The translations under genes and the position numbers were made by a program. The notes under the pieces are model-generated. The model saw nothing but the letters and a program-made list of their open reading frames with translations. It did no database searches and had not been told where the DNA came from. A stretch of DNA of 64,000 nucleotides from Harriotta raleighana (Eukaryota), in NCBI GenBank assembly GCA_050575255.1, contig JBNZDD010013709.1:5112788-5176787 (forward strand), given 5' to 3'. Below are positions 1 through 12,525 of the stretch, piece by piece (the first letter of the stretch is position 1; each line of letters opens with the position of its first letter).

Positions 1-619
1 AATGCTGGCTTTCAGTTGTAACATCCTTATTGATTTTTTTAACTAACGGCTGCTCAAATCCATCTGAAAACCCTAAAGCAGATTGCTAATGGAAAAACTA
101 GAAGTTCAGTGTGGAAAGTACCACATAACCTGTTAGTGCAGAAATTTCAGAGCTTGTGCAGGTTGAGAAAATTAGGCCTGCTAGGTTGAGGCTGTTTGTC
201 TACTGTCAACTGTGCAATGAACATTGAACTGCCAATGTTATACTAGTATTGAAACTAGAACAAAAATATTTGTAAAAGTGAAGAAAATTAGTCATGGTCA
301 AGGTTAGGCATTAAGGCTTGGATCCGTCTCCGAGTGCAGTAACGTTGAAAGAAGGATTCAGTTCAGAGTTAATCATTCCAATTCAACACCACCCTTAGGG
401 GAATTTAATGGCTCTTTGTTACTGATGTTGGACCTCGTTTTGATATGAAAGCAGAGGCGTTGGATTAATTTACCAGATTGGTTGAATTTCAATGTGTGGA
501 CTGGAACCATTTTATATCAACAATAAATCACGTTTCAGAAAAAAAACTGTGAATCTACCAATATGTTTTTATAGAGAGAACTGATGAATAATACATTCCA
601 TTTATCCTGTTTTTCTTTC

Positions 620-1033
620 AGCATCAGTTGGTAGCGCTTGTGGCTCTGAGTCAGAAAATGATGGGTTCAAGCCCCCTATCAGCAATTAAACTCATTGTCC
701 ACTATCACAGGTCGGGAGTAATTACATTGTCTGAGGTGCTGCTTTCTGGGTAAGATATTAAACCCAAGTCCCACCTGCCTTGTCATGGGTACATTAAGGA
801 TCCCACAATACTATTCATAAAGAGAAGGGAGTTTCTCCTGCTATCCCATCGAATGTCTTATCCTAGACAAAAATGTGGTCATTCACTTCACGGCTGTTTG
901 TAGGACCATGTAATATGCAAATTGGTTGCTGTGTTTGCCTACAATTACTACACTTAACAGCAATAAATTGAGAAGCATGTTGGGGTGGTTTGAAGTTCTA
1001 GGTGCCAAAAATCAAATAAAATGGTTATTATTG
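620..1033 (+). mobile_element. Old, near full-length Deu-domain SINE (SacSINE1/AmnSINE1-like)
   Basis: tRNA-like head (tcagttggtagc...gagtcagaa...gggttcaagcccc), Deu-type body (ggatcccacaatactattc...gggagtttctcctg...ggctgtttgtaggacc...gcaaattggttgctgtgtttgcctaca) and degenerate L2-type tail; matches the recalled DeuSINE consensus. Confidence 0.75.
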
Positions 1034-1044
1034 TTGGCCACCTG

Positions 1045-1150
1045 GAAATACACAGTCGCTACACTTTACACTACATCCTATGAAGCACTTGAGACAATTT
1101 CACCAACAGGATAAGATGCAAAGTCAAACACAATGATTATTATTGTAATT
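1045..1150 (+). mobile_element. SINE 3' tail fragment
   Basis: aaatacacagtc...ctttacactacatcctatgaagcacttgagaca...gattattatt, the same tail as the full-length SINEs in the window. Confidence 0.6.
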
Positions 1151-2007
1151 AATGATAATAATAGTCTTCATCATAAAGTGAAGTGAAGTTTATTCATAAC
1201 ATAAATGGTATTTGGCAATTTTTAATTTGAAGTTATGAATCACCCAAAAGATGCACTTATTCCAAATACTTTTGCAAAGTGTATTTTGAGCAGATTATGT
1301 ATGGATATTACAGACACGTTTCACAACTTTGACTTCTCGACAGTGTAAATAAACTGAAGAGCTCAAATCATTGTGTCTGCACCACCAGTGGGGGAAAAAG
1401 CCGTTTTTTAAAAAAAATGACTGCTTTATGGCACAGGAAACAATAGTGTTACCAAACATGACCCAAGCAACCAGACCTCTTTAGCAACAACAGACATGTT
1501 ATTCAGAAGCAGTAAAACGAGCTGCTACACCAGTTGAAATAATCAAAAGCAGAAGATATTGGTGGGATTGAACCGAGCAGAGTTTGGGCTGTGTTTGGCA
1601 GCCTGAGGGTACAGCAGTATGTTTAAACAGAGACTGAGAGATCTTCCAGATGTATCTCAGGACAGACTTAGCCTTGTTAGGTGTTAAGTCAATCCATTAT
1701 TTTCATTACTTTGCATGTTTACATTGTGATGTTACATAATATTATACAAATATTATTTTTAAAAAAGGTACCAATCTCAAGCTGTTATTCCTCTGTGTAG
1801 CTAATATGGATTCTGCAGTGCTATAAGATCAACATTTAAATCATACTGCAAATAAAAAATGGCTTTAGGGCTATTTCTTGTGCTGCTTTGAGGCTGCAGG
1901 TTTAGTTGGCAATAATTCATAGCCCAATGTATAATTTCAGCAGAAGGAAGAGGAGACAAGGTGGGAGTGGGGAGTTAAAATTATACATGCAACACAGTGT
2001 TCATTCA

Positions 2008-2070
2008 ACAACAATAACAACAAAATTACATGTTTATAGCATCTTTCACACCGGGAAGACGTCAAGAGGG
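2008..2070 (-). mobile_element. L2 tail-only fragment
   Basis: caacaacaataacaacaaaattacatgtttatagcatctttcacaccgggaagacgtc is the reverse complement of the L2 3' end. Confidence 0.65.
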
Positions 2071-2249
2071 GCTGTTCCTGAGACCACTGGGAAGAGCAAC
2101 GTATTTCGTATCCGTGTAATATAAATGTAGTTTATACCATCTAATTCCTCTGTCGTCAGGTCACAAACTGTTTAATGGAGCATTCTTTATATTAGCACAG
2201 AACCATGGTGTACACTATGTCTTGAAATTCAGCACATCCAGTACGCAGG

Positions 2250-2680
2250 GATCAGTTTGGCATAATTGGTATTGATTTCACCCCTGAGTCAGTGCCTTGG
2301 GACGTCCTCCCGACGTGAAAGGCTCTCTATAAATATAATTTTGTTGTTGTTGTGTTGTTGAGTCTGAAGAAAATGTTTTGAAGCAGGGTGACAGGATATG
2401 AGCACTATAGAGTCGAGTCAGAAATGTCCATGCAATATTGGGAGCTCTGGTCCATTTGAAAAGAGAAGGAAATTTCTACTGGTGTCCTGGCAAACTAATC
2501 TACCTCTGACCCCATCACCACTCCACCCCCAGATAAAATTGACTTCATATCTGTTGCTGTGACTTTTCTGCACGTAAAATGGCCCATGCAATTTCCAAAA
2601 TAAAACAAGTTGCTGGATTTGACAATAATTAGTGCAAAGTGCATTAAGATGCACTATAAAAACACCACTGTCAAAACATG
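2250..2680 (+). mobile_element. Decayed DeuSINE containing an L2 tail insertion (2291-2358) with 6-bp TSD TGAGTC
   Basis: SINE head ...cccctgagtc is interrupted by gccttgggacgtcctcccgacgtgaaaggc...ttttgttgttg; TGAGTC at 2285-2290 and 2359-2364; Deu-like ggaaatttctactggtgtcctggc follows. Confidence 0.6.
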
Positions 2681-4364
2681 CCAAGAAATGCTATTGAAAT
2701 TCACTCTAAACAAGAAATCTCTCTGGGATGCAGACATCATTCATTAATTTTACTGCCTTGTAAATTAAACTTTAAAATAACTAATACAGACAGCTTGTAA
2801 CTAATGTAACATTTAATAGTCTAGTTGAAATATTCTCAGGAACAGTATTTTTTGAACTGTTCATGGGGTTAATGTGAAAACAATACAAGTTAAAAAAAAT
2901 TCATGTTGTCAGCATTTCTATGTAACCAAGTCCTGTCTGTTTTCTTTGAAACAGATGTCTGATAACACTATTATGGAACGCTTTCTCATTTTTGCCCTGA
3001 GAAATGTAGTTCTTCCTGTTTTATTTCCCTTTTTTTGCACTGACAGCAGCAAGAAAACAATAATTCATGTATAAAATGCACTTGTCACAATACGTTTCCC
3101 TTTTCTAATTTCCATCAAAAAACTTCAGAGAACCTTGTTTCTCTGGAGTTCATAAATAGAAACAGCAACAAATACTAGAAATTAGGAGAAAAATTGAGAT
3201 GTTGCAATAATATGTCAGGCTGAAATTGTTACCATTTTTGTTGCAATGAACAAATGCTGAGCAAAGAAATGTAGTTATTTTAATTCATACCAATTAATCT
3301 GGATTCCAGTTAATAAAATTCATTTTATTATGACTAATATCTTCACCACTAGGGAACAGCTGTCCCTGGATAGTATAATGGGATTAATAAATGTACTGTA
3401 TTACTAAATTTGCCAAGTTATGTTTTCAATTTTTGCTAAGTCTCAGGACTAATTCTAAAAGAATGACCGATCATTTAATATTCTGCCCATTCCATCAGTC
3501 ACTTTGCAACCCAAACTCAATCTTGCCCTTCATTTTGCAAAATACGATCTTCTGTCACAAGCTTGCAAGAATGTGAAAGATGGCATGCAGACTGTGGTGA
3601 CGTATTCAGTGTGCTGAGCAAATGCAAATATTAAACGTTAGGAACTATGTTCTGTTTGAATCAGTGGTACTGAATTGAATTAAACATTATTTGAAAGGGA
3701 ACAGAATGAACGGTGATGGAATCACTGCCCTGATCTTATCAATTAGAGGAACAGACTTAACACACTGAATGGTCATTGCTGTTTTTATGTTTTTAATCTA
3801 CTGGAATACAGATCTTGGAAAACGGGTGGTTGTAAAATATTTCAACCATCCTGCAACAGGATTCGCATCTTGCTAAAATGCCAGATTGATTTAATGCTTG
3901 TGCAAAAAAATGGCTTTTCTAAATTACATTTCTTAACAATATTAGCAAGGCAAGTATCCAAGTGTTTGAAACCTTACCCTTCATGGATTGGCTCTTGAAA
4001 CTCGTGGTGCTGAGTGGTTTGACATGTTAATGCATCTCAGGCAGAGTTCACAAGTTTTCGACACCTCTGTCCCAAGTTAAAAATTAAGCCGTCACCCAAA
4101 AGAAAAAGTGATTCTGATGGCTTGACTACTCAAGGGGGAGCTGTCCAAAATTAACTGCATAACGCATCACCTTGCCATTGAAAAGAAGATCAAATTAACA
4201 GGAAACACACTTGTGTCAAGGCTTTTGATAAGGAAGATCTCCAGCTGACAGCACCAGCACAAATGGGTAGCAAATGCAAGGCAAGGTGATGTTGCACCTA
4301 TAGGACATATTATCCAGACTTACACCTTTTCCATTTCATTTAGAGTAAGAGGTTTTTTTCCAAC

Positions 4365-4595
4365 AAAATATACAGTCGATTCACTTTACACTATATCCTG
4401 TGAAGCAGTTTGAGACTTCTCAGAGGCGTGTTAAGGTGCTATATCAAATGCAAGATTATTATTATTAATTCAGACACCTCGTACTTCATGCCCAAAACAT
4501 ACAATCCACTAACTTTATAGTATATTCTGTGAAGCATTTTGAGACATCTGATCAATGTGATAAGGTGCAAAATCAAATGGCAGGATTATTATTAC
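4365..4595 (+). mobile_element. Two tandem SINE 3' tails
   Basis: Two copies of ...ctttacactatatcctgtgaagca..ttgagac...aaggtgc...atcaaatg..aggattattatt (about 4365-4468 and 4490-4595). Confidence 0.7.
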
Positions 4596-4782
4596 CGTTA
4601 CTTACTTTTCATCCTTTCTACATCTTTAAGCCTCTTTGCTTCTATCTCTTCTATTAAACATATTTTAAGCATTCTTCCCATTGGATCTTGTTTGTTCCTT
4701 AAAAGATGGTAATGTTCTTCACATTTTCCTTACTAAAGACATTTTAACCCATTGAATTTGTGTCAGGACTTGAACCTCCCAT

Positions 4783-5185
4783 AATAATCCTTACATTTGA
4801 TATAGTGCCTTTCATGTGAGAAGAATGTCTCAAAGTGCTTCACAGAGAATTTACTGTAAAGTATAGTGACTGTGTGTTTTGTCAACAAACTCGACAGTCA
4901 ATTTGTGAACAGCGATGTATCCACAAACAGCCATGAAGTGAGCAACCAATTTTATTTGGGAAATTATTGGTCAAGAGAAACTTCCTTCTCTGTTTAAATA
5001 GTGCTGCGGGATGTTTAACACCCAACTGAACATGCAGACAGGACCACAACAACAACACAACAACAAAATTACATTTGGAGAGAACCTTTCATATCGACAG
5101 ATGTACCAAGACGCTGAACAGTCAGGGGATAGGACAGTCACAGGTTAACATCTCATCTGAATGACAGAACTCTTATCTGAAGGAT
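4783..5185 (-). mobile_element. Decayed DeuSINE with an L2 tail inserted at ~5047-5120
   Basis: ataatccttacatttgatatagtgcctttc...ccacaaacagccatgaagtgag...gggatgtttaacacccaactgaac...ttaacatctcatctgaa; insert acaacaacaaaattacatt...accaagacgctg. Confidence 0.65.
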
Positions 5186-7039
5186 GGGTTGTTTCTTAAC
5201 TACATAATTAAGGGTGCGTAAATACCTTTGCATGTGGTTAACCCAACCCACAAAACTAAACTGCCTACACACAGATAAGCAAAAAATTCTAGTACAAGTT
5301 CACCTGGTTGTTAGTTCACCCATCTCACAGTACTAAAATTATCCACACCACTGATAATTCTTTCCATTAATTCTGACCATCTATAGCAATTGCTATATGT
5401 GCTTGACATGGTTTTACAAGTAGACCTTCTAACAGGCCATAGGAAAGTCAAGGTAGAAACTGATGATATTCACACTGGAAAAGTGCTGAAGCCTACTTTC
5501 ATTTCACAAGAAAGGAACCCACAGAGATGTGGTAAAATATGAAATTGTGGTGAAGGAGGCCAATAAAAGGGCAATTGAATAAAAGAAACTTAACACTCAA
5601 ATGAGGAATGCCAAAAATATGTTTGTTTTGTGAAATTGTTTTTACGAAAATATTCTGGCCCATGTACAATCCAGTTGGGCTGCAGCACTGCAGTCTTGTG
5701 ATGTGAAAAGGTTTAAATTGTGTTTTAACTTACCTCAGACTCAATTCAGAAGTCAATATAGGAAATCAACAGTTGTCAGTGAGGCCATTAAGTGCAAGTG
5801 TAAGATTTTAGCCTGACCTTGACTTGTTTATATATGCTGTATGCTTTAATGTAAACTGGATAAGCCATTTTTACCAAATAAGCAATGACTTTAATAAGTC
5901 ACTTTAAACTGTTTACACAATGATCAAGGGTGGAAAAATACATTAATGTTGAGAAGAAAAGTCATTGGCCTAATGCAATTGTGCAAATGTAATTATCATC
6001 CTGTTTCAGGCCACCAACCTATAGTTCAGCCATGAATAAGAAGTGCAAGGCATTACTGCATTCATCTAGTTTGTTGTTCCACCCGCTTTCTTTATTTATT
6101 CGTTAAGCAATAATATTCCACAGCTGTTCTGTTAAATAGAATAGATTTTAGCAAACTGAAAAAGGGAATCAATTATATTAAAATGTAATAAGAAACAAAA
6201 CTTTCAATAACATTACAACAAGATCTTGGATATCCAAACCCAGCACAGAACTTCTGCATGATCTGAGCTAAGCAACCACAAGGTTAAAAGTGATTTTTTT
6301 TTAGTTTTAAGAAAATAACATGCACTAGTTTAGGTGTCAGGCATAATGATTTTATTTGGTGGAAATTCTGCTTACTCATAGGTTAGAGCGAGAGAAATAG
6401 TTGTCTTGGATTTTAAATTACTTTCATATTTATAAACTAAAAGGCTGTACTTGAATGCTTTAAATGTACAAACAACTGCAACTTTTACAGAGGGATAACC
6501 AAGCAATGGCTTAAGAACAGTAAGTCTCATTTCTGGGATACAGTCCATGCCAGGGCTGATATAAGTCACCTGTCATTGATGGCAGGAAAGGGTCACAATA
6601 CAGTATAAATCAATGAATGATTTTGCAATCACTAGACCCCTTAGTTGACCTTATGATATCATTGCAGCATGTGGGAACAAACATGCCTTCCTCTCTGTTA
6701 AAAACACAGCGCTCATCCACTCGGTGACAGTTTATTGTTTGTTTGTTCCCACACATGTATATTTGATGTAAGAGGTCAGAAGATCAAGTATTAGTGAAAT
6801 GGTTTGTTGCGGATGGAGGCGGAGATGAGCCTAACTATATGGTTGATGTAGGGGTGGTCGACCAGGCTCGATTGGTGGCCACTTCAAAAAGAAATGTTTA
6901 AATATTTAATAGTTGGAGTTCTGACTCATCTGATCTGACCCAGTGTGTCTGCCATTCATAAACTGCTCTCGCTTTGACAAATTGTAGTGGTTAACTGGAT
7001 GGAAATTTGGGGTGTGTTAATTATTGCTGTGGATAATTA

Positions 7040-7230
7040 TCACTTTGTTTTATCTTATTTTGTTGCCCAGAGGAGAATTAACAATGAGAAGAAGTTACTG
7101 AAAAGGTTGGTTGCGCCCAGGACACTGGAACTCATTTAAAAAATCGGTTGAATCAGCTATGGGAAGGATGAGATGAAATGGTCTGAAGGGCCTTCTTCAT
7201 TCAAACCAGTCTTGTGGATCTTGATAAATG
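7040..7230 (+). mobile_element. Decayed CR1 3' fragment
   Basis: ggaactcatttaaaaaatcggttg...ggatgagatgaaatggtctgaagggccttcttcatt resembles a CR1 3' UTR. Confidence 0.4.
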
Positions 7231-7351
7231 TGATCAATGAAGCTAGACCAGGGTTGGGTGCAGAAACTGTGCTTGAAACTTCAATGTCATAATCTGTGGT
7301 TGGCAAATTTAATGGTGGATTTTATGACTTGATGAATCAACCTCCATGGCT

Positions 7352-8152
7352 GCACACTCAACCTCACCAAGCCATTCAGGACCCTAGGTGTCTTGTTCGA
7401 CCCTCAACTGGCTTTCCTCCACTAAATCCAAGCAATGACTTGCTCTGCCTTTCCCCATCTCCGCAACATTGCCTGACTCTGCCACTACCTCACCCCAAAA
7501 GCTGCTGAAACCCTCATCCACACCTTCATTACACTCCAGCTCAATTATGCAAATGCCCTGCTGGTTGGCCTTTACAATTCCTCCCTCCACAGGCTGCAGA
7601 TAATCCAGTGGCCCGTGTACTCTACTGTTCCAACCTCTATGACCCCACCTCCTCCATCCTCACCCGATTCCATTGGCTCCCCATCATCCAGAGGATCCAA
7701 TTCAAGATCCTGGTCTTCACATTTAAAGCCCTCCACAACCTCGCCCACTCTACATCCATGATGTCCTACCCACTTACTAACCTGCCTGCCCCCTCCGTTC
7801 AGAGTCTGCAGGCAGGTTGGTAAGGGAGTAGGACATCAATCCTACAATCTATCCACCCCCAATCTATCCACCCCATTATTGGCAGACGAGCCAACAGTCA
7901 CTCTGCCCCCAACTTCTGGATCTCCATCCCACAGTACCTCCGCCTCGCCCCCTCTCTAACCTCCTTCAAGTCTCACCTCAACACTCTCATCTTCGATGGA
8001 CCCATTGGCAACTCCTGGTTCCCCCTTTCTTCCGCTGTCCCCCTCCCGTCCCTATCCCCATCCTCAGCTTGGGTCTGAAGCGGTAACTCTCCAGCGCCTT
8101 GGGACGTCCTTCTGACATGAAAAGCACTATTCAAGTGTAATTTTGTTGTTGA
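7352..8152 (+). mobile_element. L2 LINE 3' fragment (ORF2 C-terminus plus tail)
   Basis: Translates to L2-typical LTRFHWLPIIQRIQFKILVFTFKALHNLA; ends ccagcgccttgggacgtccttctgacatgaaaagcactattcaagtgtaattttgttgttg. Confidence 0.9.
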
Positions 8153-9039
8153 TGACAGAGTCTGGCAGGTGTCACAATCACAGCCACTATTTAGTTCTGT
8201 CTAACTAGCAACTGACATTGGTGGTTACATTATCAACGGTGTGATAGGCCAGGTGAGAAGCAACATCTCATCACTTGTAGTTTTGACTTCAGTATTTCTA
8301 ACAGGTCTATATTTTGTTATCCAAAGGAGTATTCAGATGAAGGAACATGCATTGGTACTAGTTGTGAAGAGTCGTATCAGGATTCCTTGTAAAAATGTAA
8401 TACCAGCCTTAACCAGTGCTAGCTTAACAGCTGTAAAATGCTAAACCAGAAAGCAATAATTTAAGGATTATCAAAATCTGTAGTGGTGCTGGTTAGTTAA
8501 CAGCAACCTGCCGTGTTTCTGAAGAAACCTGTTCAACTCTGTATAATGCTAGCCAGTGGGATCCGTCTAAGATCCATGATGCATGAATACATATCAAACA
8601 GAATAGAGTTCAAGTCCTTTGTGCTGAGCTGCAATGCCATTGCACTGAGATCATCATTCTCATGTCATATACAATACGCCGGCCGACATTATATGCCTGT
8701 TTAAGCCTTGCAGTTTTTGGAGAACTGGTGTTGACTTGAAAATATTCAGACATAACAAACACATTAAGCACCCTAATATGAATATTATTCAACTTTTGCA
8801 GTCCCTTTTATCTTCCCACATCATCCCCTCAGTATCTTTTTACAGAGTTGTACCAGAATTAGAAGCTTTCTTAATATTGCCTCATTATCTTTGCCTTATC
8901 CATACCTATTTGTTTTCTGAGATTCCCTTTTGCCACGATCCTATCTCAGCATTTTTCACTCAGTTGAGTTTACTGCCTATTTCTATAAGTGTAATTTTAT
9001 AAATTAATATTGTAGCTGGTTTGATAAGTCTTCATGAAC

Positions 9040-9185
9040 TGAAGTGGCTAGATTTCTGTAAGTTCAGGGTATCACAGGTTATAGAGCAAGAATTGGAGTT
9101 GAGGTACAGATCAGCCATAATCTTGTAGAATGGCAGAATAGACTCAAGGTGCTGTATGGCATATTCCTGCACCTATGTTCCTATG
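9040..9185 (+). mobile_element. CR1 3' tail
   Basis: ggagttgaggtacagatcagccataatcttgtagaatggcagaatagactcaaggtgctgtatggcatattcctgcacctatgttcctatg, a shark-type CR1 terminus. Confidence 0.75.
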
Positions 9186-9916
9186 CTGCATTGTGCTGAA
9201 ATTGTGTAACTATTGTCAGTGGTAATTATCAAGATCAAATTTTCTGTAAGAATTTTCCATACTTGATATAAAAACACTGCTCCATTTGTGAGGTGTTCCC
9301 ACTACAGGGAAATGTTTTACAAATCGCAGCACAATTTGATGAGATTGATTTTTCAGACTGCAGGCTCAAGCACAGCCGTAGAACAGATTACATTTAATCG
9401 CTTAGACATCTGCTGTGAGCTCTTACTTTCCTGAAGGCAACATTGCTACTGTAGGTTTACCATAGCTCTCAAGAAAAAGATGTGTGGATTTTTGCCATCC
9501 AGACCAATTTCTACACAGTACTGAGTAAAACTACAGGAGCAACTCTCTGCTGTCTCAGAGTTCATGAGAATTTCAATATTTTCAAAGAATTCATCATTAA
9601 AAGTTTCAGTATCAGTCTACTCTGAAAGCCTGGGTTCTGCAGAAGTGGTTCAGGCCACTTTAATATCAGGATGTCCTTGTGATCAGCAATTCTGTGGAAT
9701 CTCATATTTAAACAAAGTTAAATCACAAGTAACTGTTCAAAAATGCCTGAACTCTGAAGCATTGCATTGAAATTTCCCTTCTTTCTTACTAAAGACCATA
9801 TTCAGGGCACAGTTTCCTTTTCATGTTAAACGATTTCAATCTGATTTATTGAAAAATATTGACGGCTGCACGGAGATCAACCCTGTCACTGTAAAGCACT
9901 CTGAGATGTTCTCCAG

Positions 9917-11190
9917 AACAACAACGACTTCAATTTATATAGGGCTCTCCACACCGGATGGCGTCTCAGAGCGTTTCACAACAGCAGATCCTGGGACCGA
10001 ACCAGGAGCAAGGATAGAAAAGTGACCAAAAGCTCGGATGAAGAGAAAGGTCTTCAGCTGGGACCTGAAGCTGGGAAAAGAGGGAGCGAGGCGGAGGGAG
10101 TGAGGAAAGGAATTCCAGAGCCTCGGGGCATTGTGGCTGAAGGCACGGCTGCTGAGTGTGGAGCGGAAGATTCGGGGGACATGGAGGAGGCCAGACCCGG
10201 TGGAGCGAAGGCAACGGGTGCTGGTTTAAGGAGAGAGGAGGTCAGAGAGGTTGGGGGGTGCAGAGGAGTGGAGGGATTTGAAGACAAGGGTGAGGATCTT
10301 GAAATCAATCCTCTCTGGGATAGGGAGCCAGTGAAGTCTGGCAAGGACTGGGTTAATAGGGGAGCGAAGTTTGGTGCGGGTGAGAATGCAAGCGGTAGAG
10401 TTCTGGATAAGCTGGACAGTGTGGATTGTGGAGTAGAGGAGACCAGCGAGGAGGACATTGCAATAGTCCAGCCGAGAGATGACAAAGGCAGGGTTTCAGT
10501 GGCTTTTGGGGTGAGGTATCAATCAATCAATCAAAAGGTATTGGCAGAGACGGGCGATTCGTCAGAGGTGGAAGAAGGCAGTGCTAGTGATGGACCGGAT
10601 GTGATGGAGGAAGGACAGTTGGGGGTTGAACCTGATGCCTAGGTTGCTCATAGGTTCAGAGAGCTTTAGGGGCAGACCGGGAAGGTGGAGGAGGTGAGAG
10701 CCATGCAAATGGAGACATTGACAAGAGCCAAAGAGTATGGCCTCCATCTTGTCATCTTTCAACTGCATCCAGAAATTTGCGCTCATCCAGCTCCTGATGT
10801 CTGACAGGCAGGCTGACAGAACATCAGGGGACTGGGGGTCGTAAAGTGAAGTGGAGAAATAGAGCCGGGTGTCATCCGCATACATGTGGAAATGTGCCCC
10901 ATGTCTGCGGATGACATCCCCAAGAGGGAGCATATAGATGAGAAAGAGGAGGCGGCCAAGGATGGATCTCTGGGGTGCCCCACAGGTAAAAGGGTGAGAG
11001 CAAGAAGAAAAACCGCTTGTGGGGATGTACTGCTAGCGGTTTGTGAGGTAGGACTCGAACCAGGCGAGTGTGGTCCCACTGAGGTGGATGACAGAGGACA
11101 GGCGGTGGAGGAGAATGGCGTGGTCGACTGTGTCGAACGTAACGGACAGGTCCAGGAGGATAAGGAGGCAGAGGGAGCCCTTGGCTCAGA
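9917..11190 (-). mobile_element. L2 LINE, 5'-truncated, with disrupted reverse transcriptase
   Basis: Minus-strand frames give [23 protein letters not shown]...[10 protein letters not shown] and MLPLGDVIRRHGAHFHMYADDTRLY (RT YADD motif) with stops and frameshifts; tail reverse complement aacaacaacgacttcaatttatatagggc at 9917. Confidence 0.93.
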
Positions 11191-11429
11191 TAGAAAGTAC
11201 ATCTTTTGTAAACACTATGTAAGTTGTTGTTGCTTTTTACTTTACAAATCAAATGTCTGCAGCTAATATAAAGAAAATGTAAACCTTTGGGGCAGAAAAA
11301 GAACTGGATGTTTATTTTGTGTGAAAAAGTAGCTTTTCATCAAGTATTCGGATTTACAAAGATGCATTTAATGCAACAATTCGATTTATTTCAAGCTGGT
11401 AATAAAATGTCTCCCTTCTCCCTCCCCAC

Positions 11430-11600
11430 CTTTAGAGCCTCTCTTAATACCTTTCTTTTTTGACCACACTTTTGGTCACATTGCCCCTACCACCATCACT
11501 CCTTCTTAAGCTGCCCCTGCTCCCAGCTCAGCCTCCCTGTTGACTCTGTGATGTGCTGTGAGGCATCCACTTGATGTGAAAGTTGATACATAAATGTCAA
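11430..11600 (+). mobile_element. Old L2 3' end
   Basis: tttagagcctctcttaatacctttcttttttgaccacacttttggtcac...ctgtgatgtgctgtgaggcatcc...gtgaaagttgatacataaatg. Confidence 0.6.
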
Positions 11601-12229
11601 ATCATTTTCATTGGTACTATTGGTGGAAAATGTAATGCCAATGAAGCGAAATCTCTTTTTTGTTGGCCAATTTCTAAAAACTCTATGATTTAAAATAATT
11701 GCAAGTAAAAAAAATTATTGTAGCAGTCTCGTGGTAGAGAGAGAGAGAAGTCATCAATTCAAACCTGCCAGTCGCTGAATCAAAGGCAAGGGCTGGTCGG
11801 CCCTTAAACTCACCAACAAGAGTAATGATTGGCCAGAACATGAGAGAGAGAGAGAAATTTCCTGTCCCCACCCCCAATTTCCAAGTAACTTGATTTGTGG
11901 GCAAAGGATTAGATAATCCGAGATGTAACAATGGTTTATATCTGAAATATCCAATGGTTCTGGATTGGTTTAGATGTCCATTCAGATTGACTAATTGTCA
12001 CTCCCAATGTGGAAGCCTTCAATAAGCATCCCACAGCTCTATTAAGTAGCATTGCTTATCTGGTAGCTCACCGGGTGGTGTCCAGAGGAAATGGTGTGTT
12101 CCCCTGAAGAGAGGTGGAAGACTGACATTTAATGGCACTTCACTCATGCCTCCTACTGGACCATTGTGAAGCTACATTTACATGGCAGCCAGTGCTGAGA
12201 TGAAACAAGTGTACGCAGCAATCAAAAGT

Positions 12230-12417
12230 AAAGAGCAATACTGGGACTTTAGCCTTGAAGAGAGATATCTCAGAGAGGAGCTGGTAGAAATATTTAAAAT
12301 GTTAATTGGAGCAGAGGAAGTAAATCTAAACAATACTTTGAAACACTCTAACGCAGCAGGGAGGAAATCGCACACAGGTTCAGAGCTGTTGAGGGCAGTT
12401 TCAGGACAGACACCAGA
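12230..12417 (+). mobile_element. Decayed CR1 ORF2 C-terminal fragment
   Basis: FSLEERYLREELVEIFKML resembles CR1 FSLEKRRLRGDLIEVFKI. Confidence 0.65.
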
Positions 12418-12525
12418 TAATAATCCTTCCATTTAATATAGGGCTTTATCATGTCTTCAAGACATCTCAAAGCACTTCACAGAATATATTGTAAAGTGAA
12501 TTGACCGTACATTTTGTGGGCAAAA
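12418..12525 (-). mobile_element. SINE 3' tail
   Basis: taataatccttccatttaatatagggc...gacatctcaaagcacttcacagaatatattgtaaagtgaattgac. Confidence 0.75.

Noticed and set aside
6780-6965. Minus-strand peptide with EWQTHW, faintly like an I/Nimb-clade LINE C-terminus
   Set aside because: Too degenerate to support without a profile search
10022-10642. 206-aa plus-strand ORF and overlapping ORFs to 11266
   Set aside because: Antisense or alternative frames of the minus-strand L2 RT fragment, not host genes
11740-12170. CCAAT/ATTGG-rich segment that could be a promoter or an ancient SINE
   Set aside because: No downstream exon, no clear Pol III boxes, and I cannot assign a family
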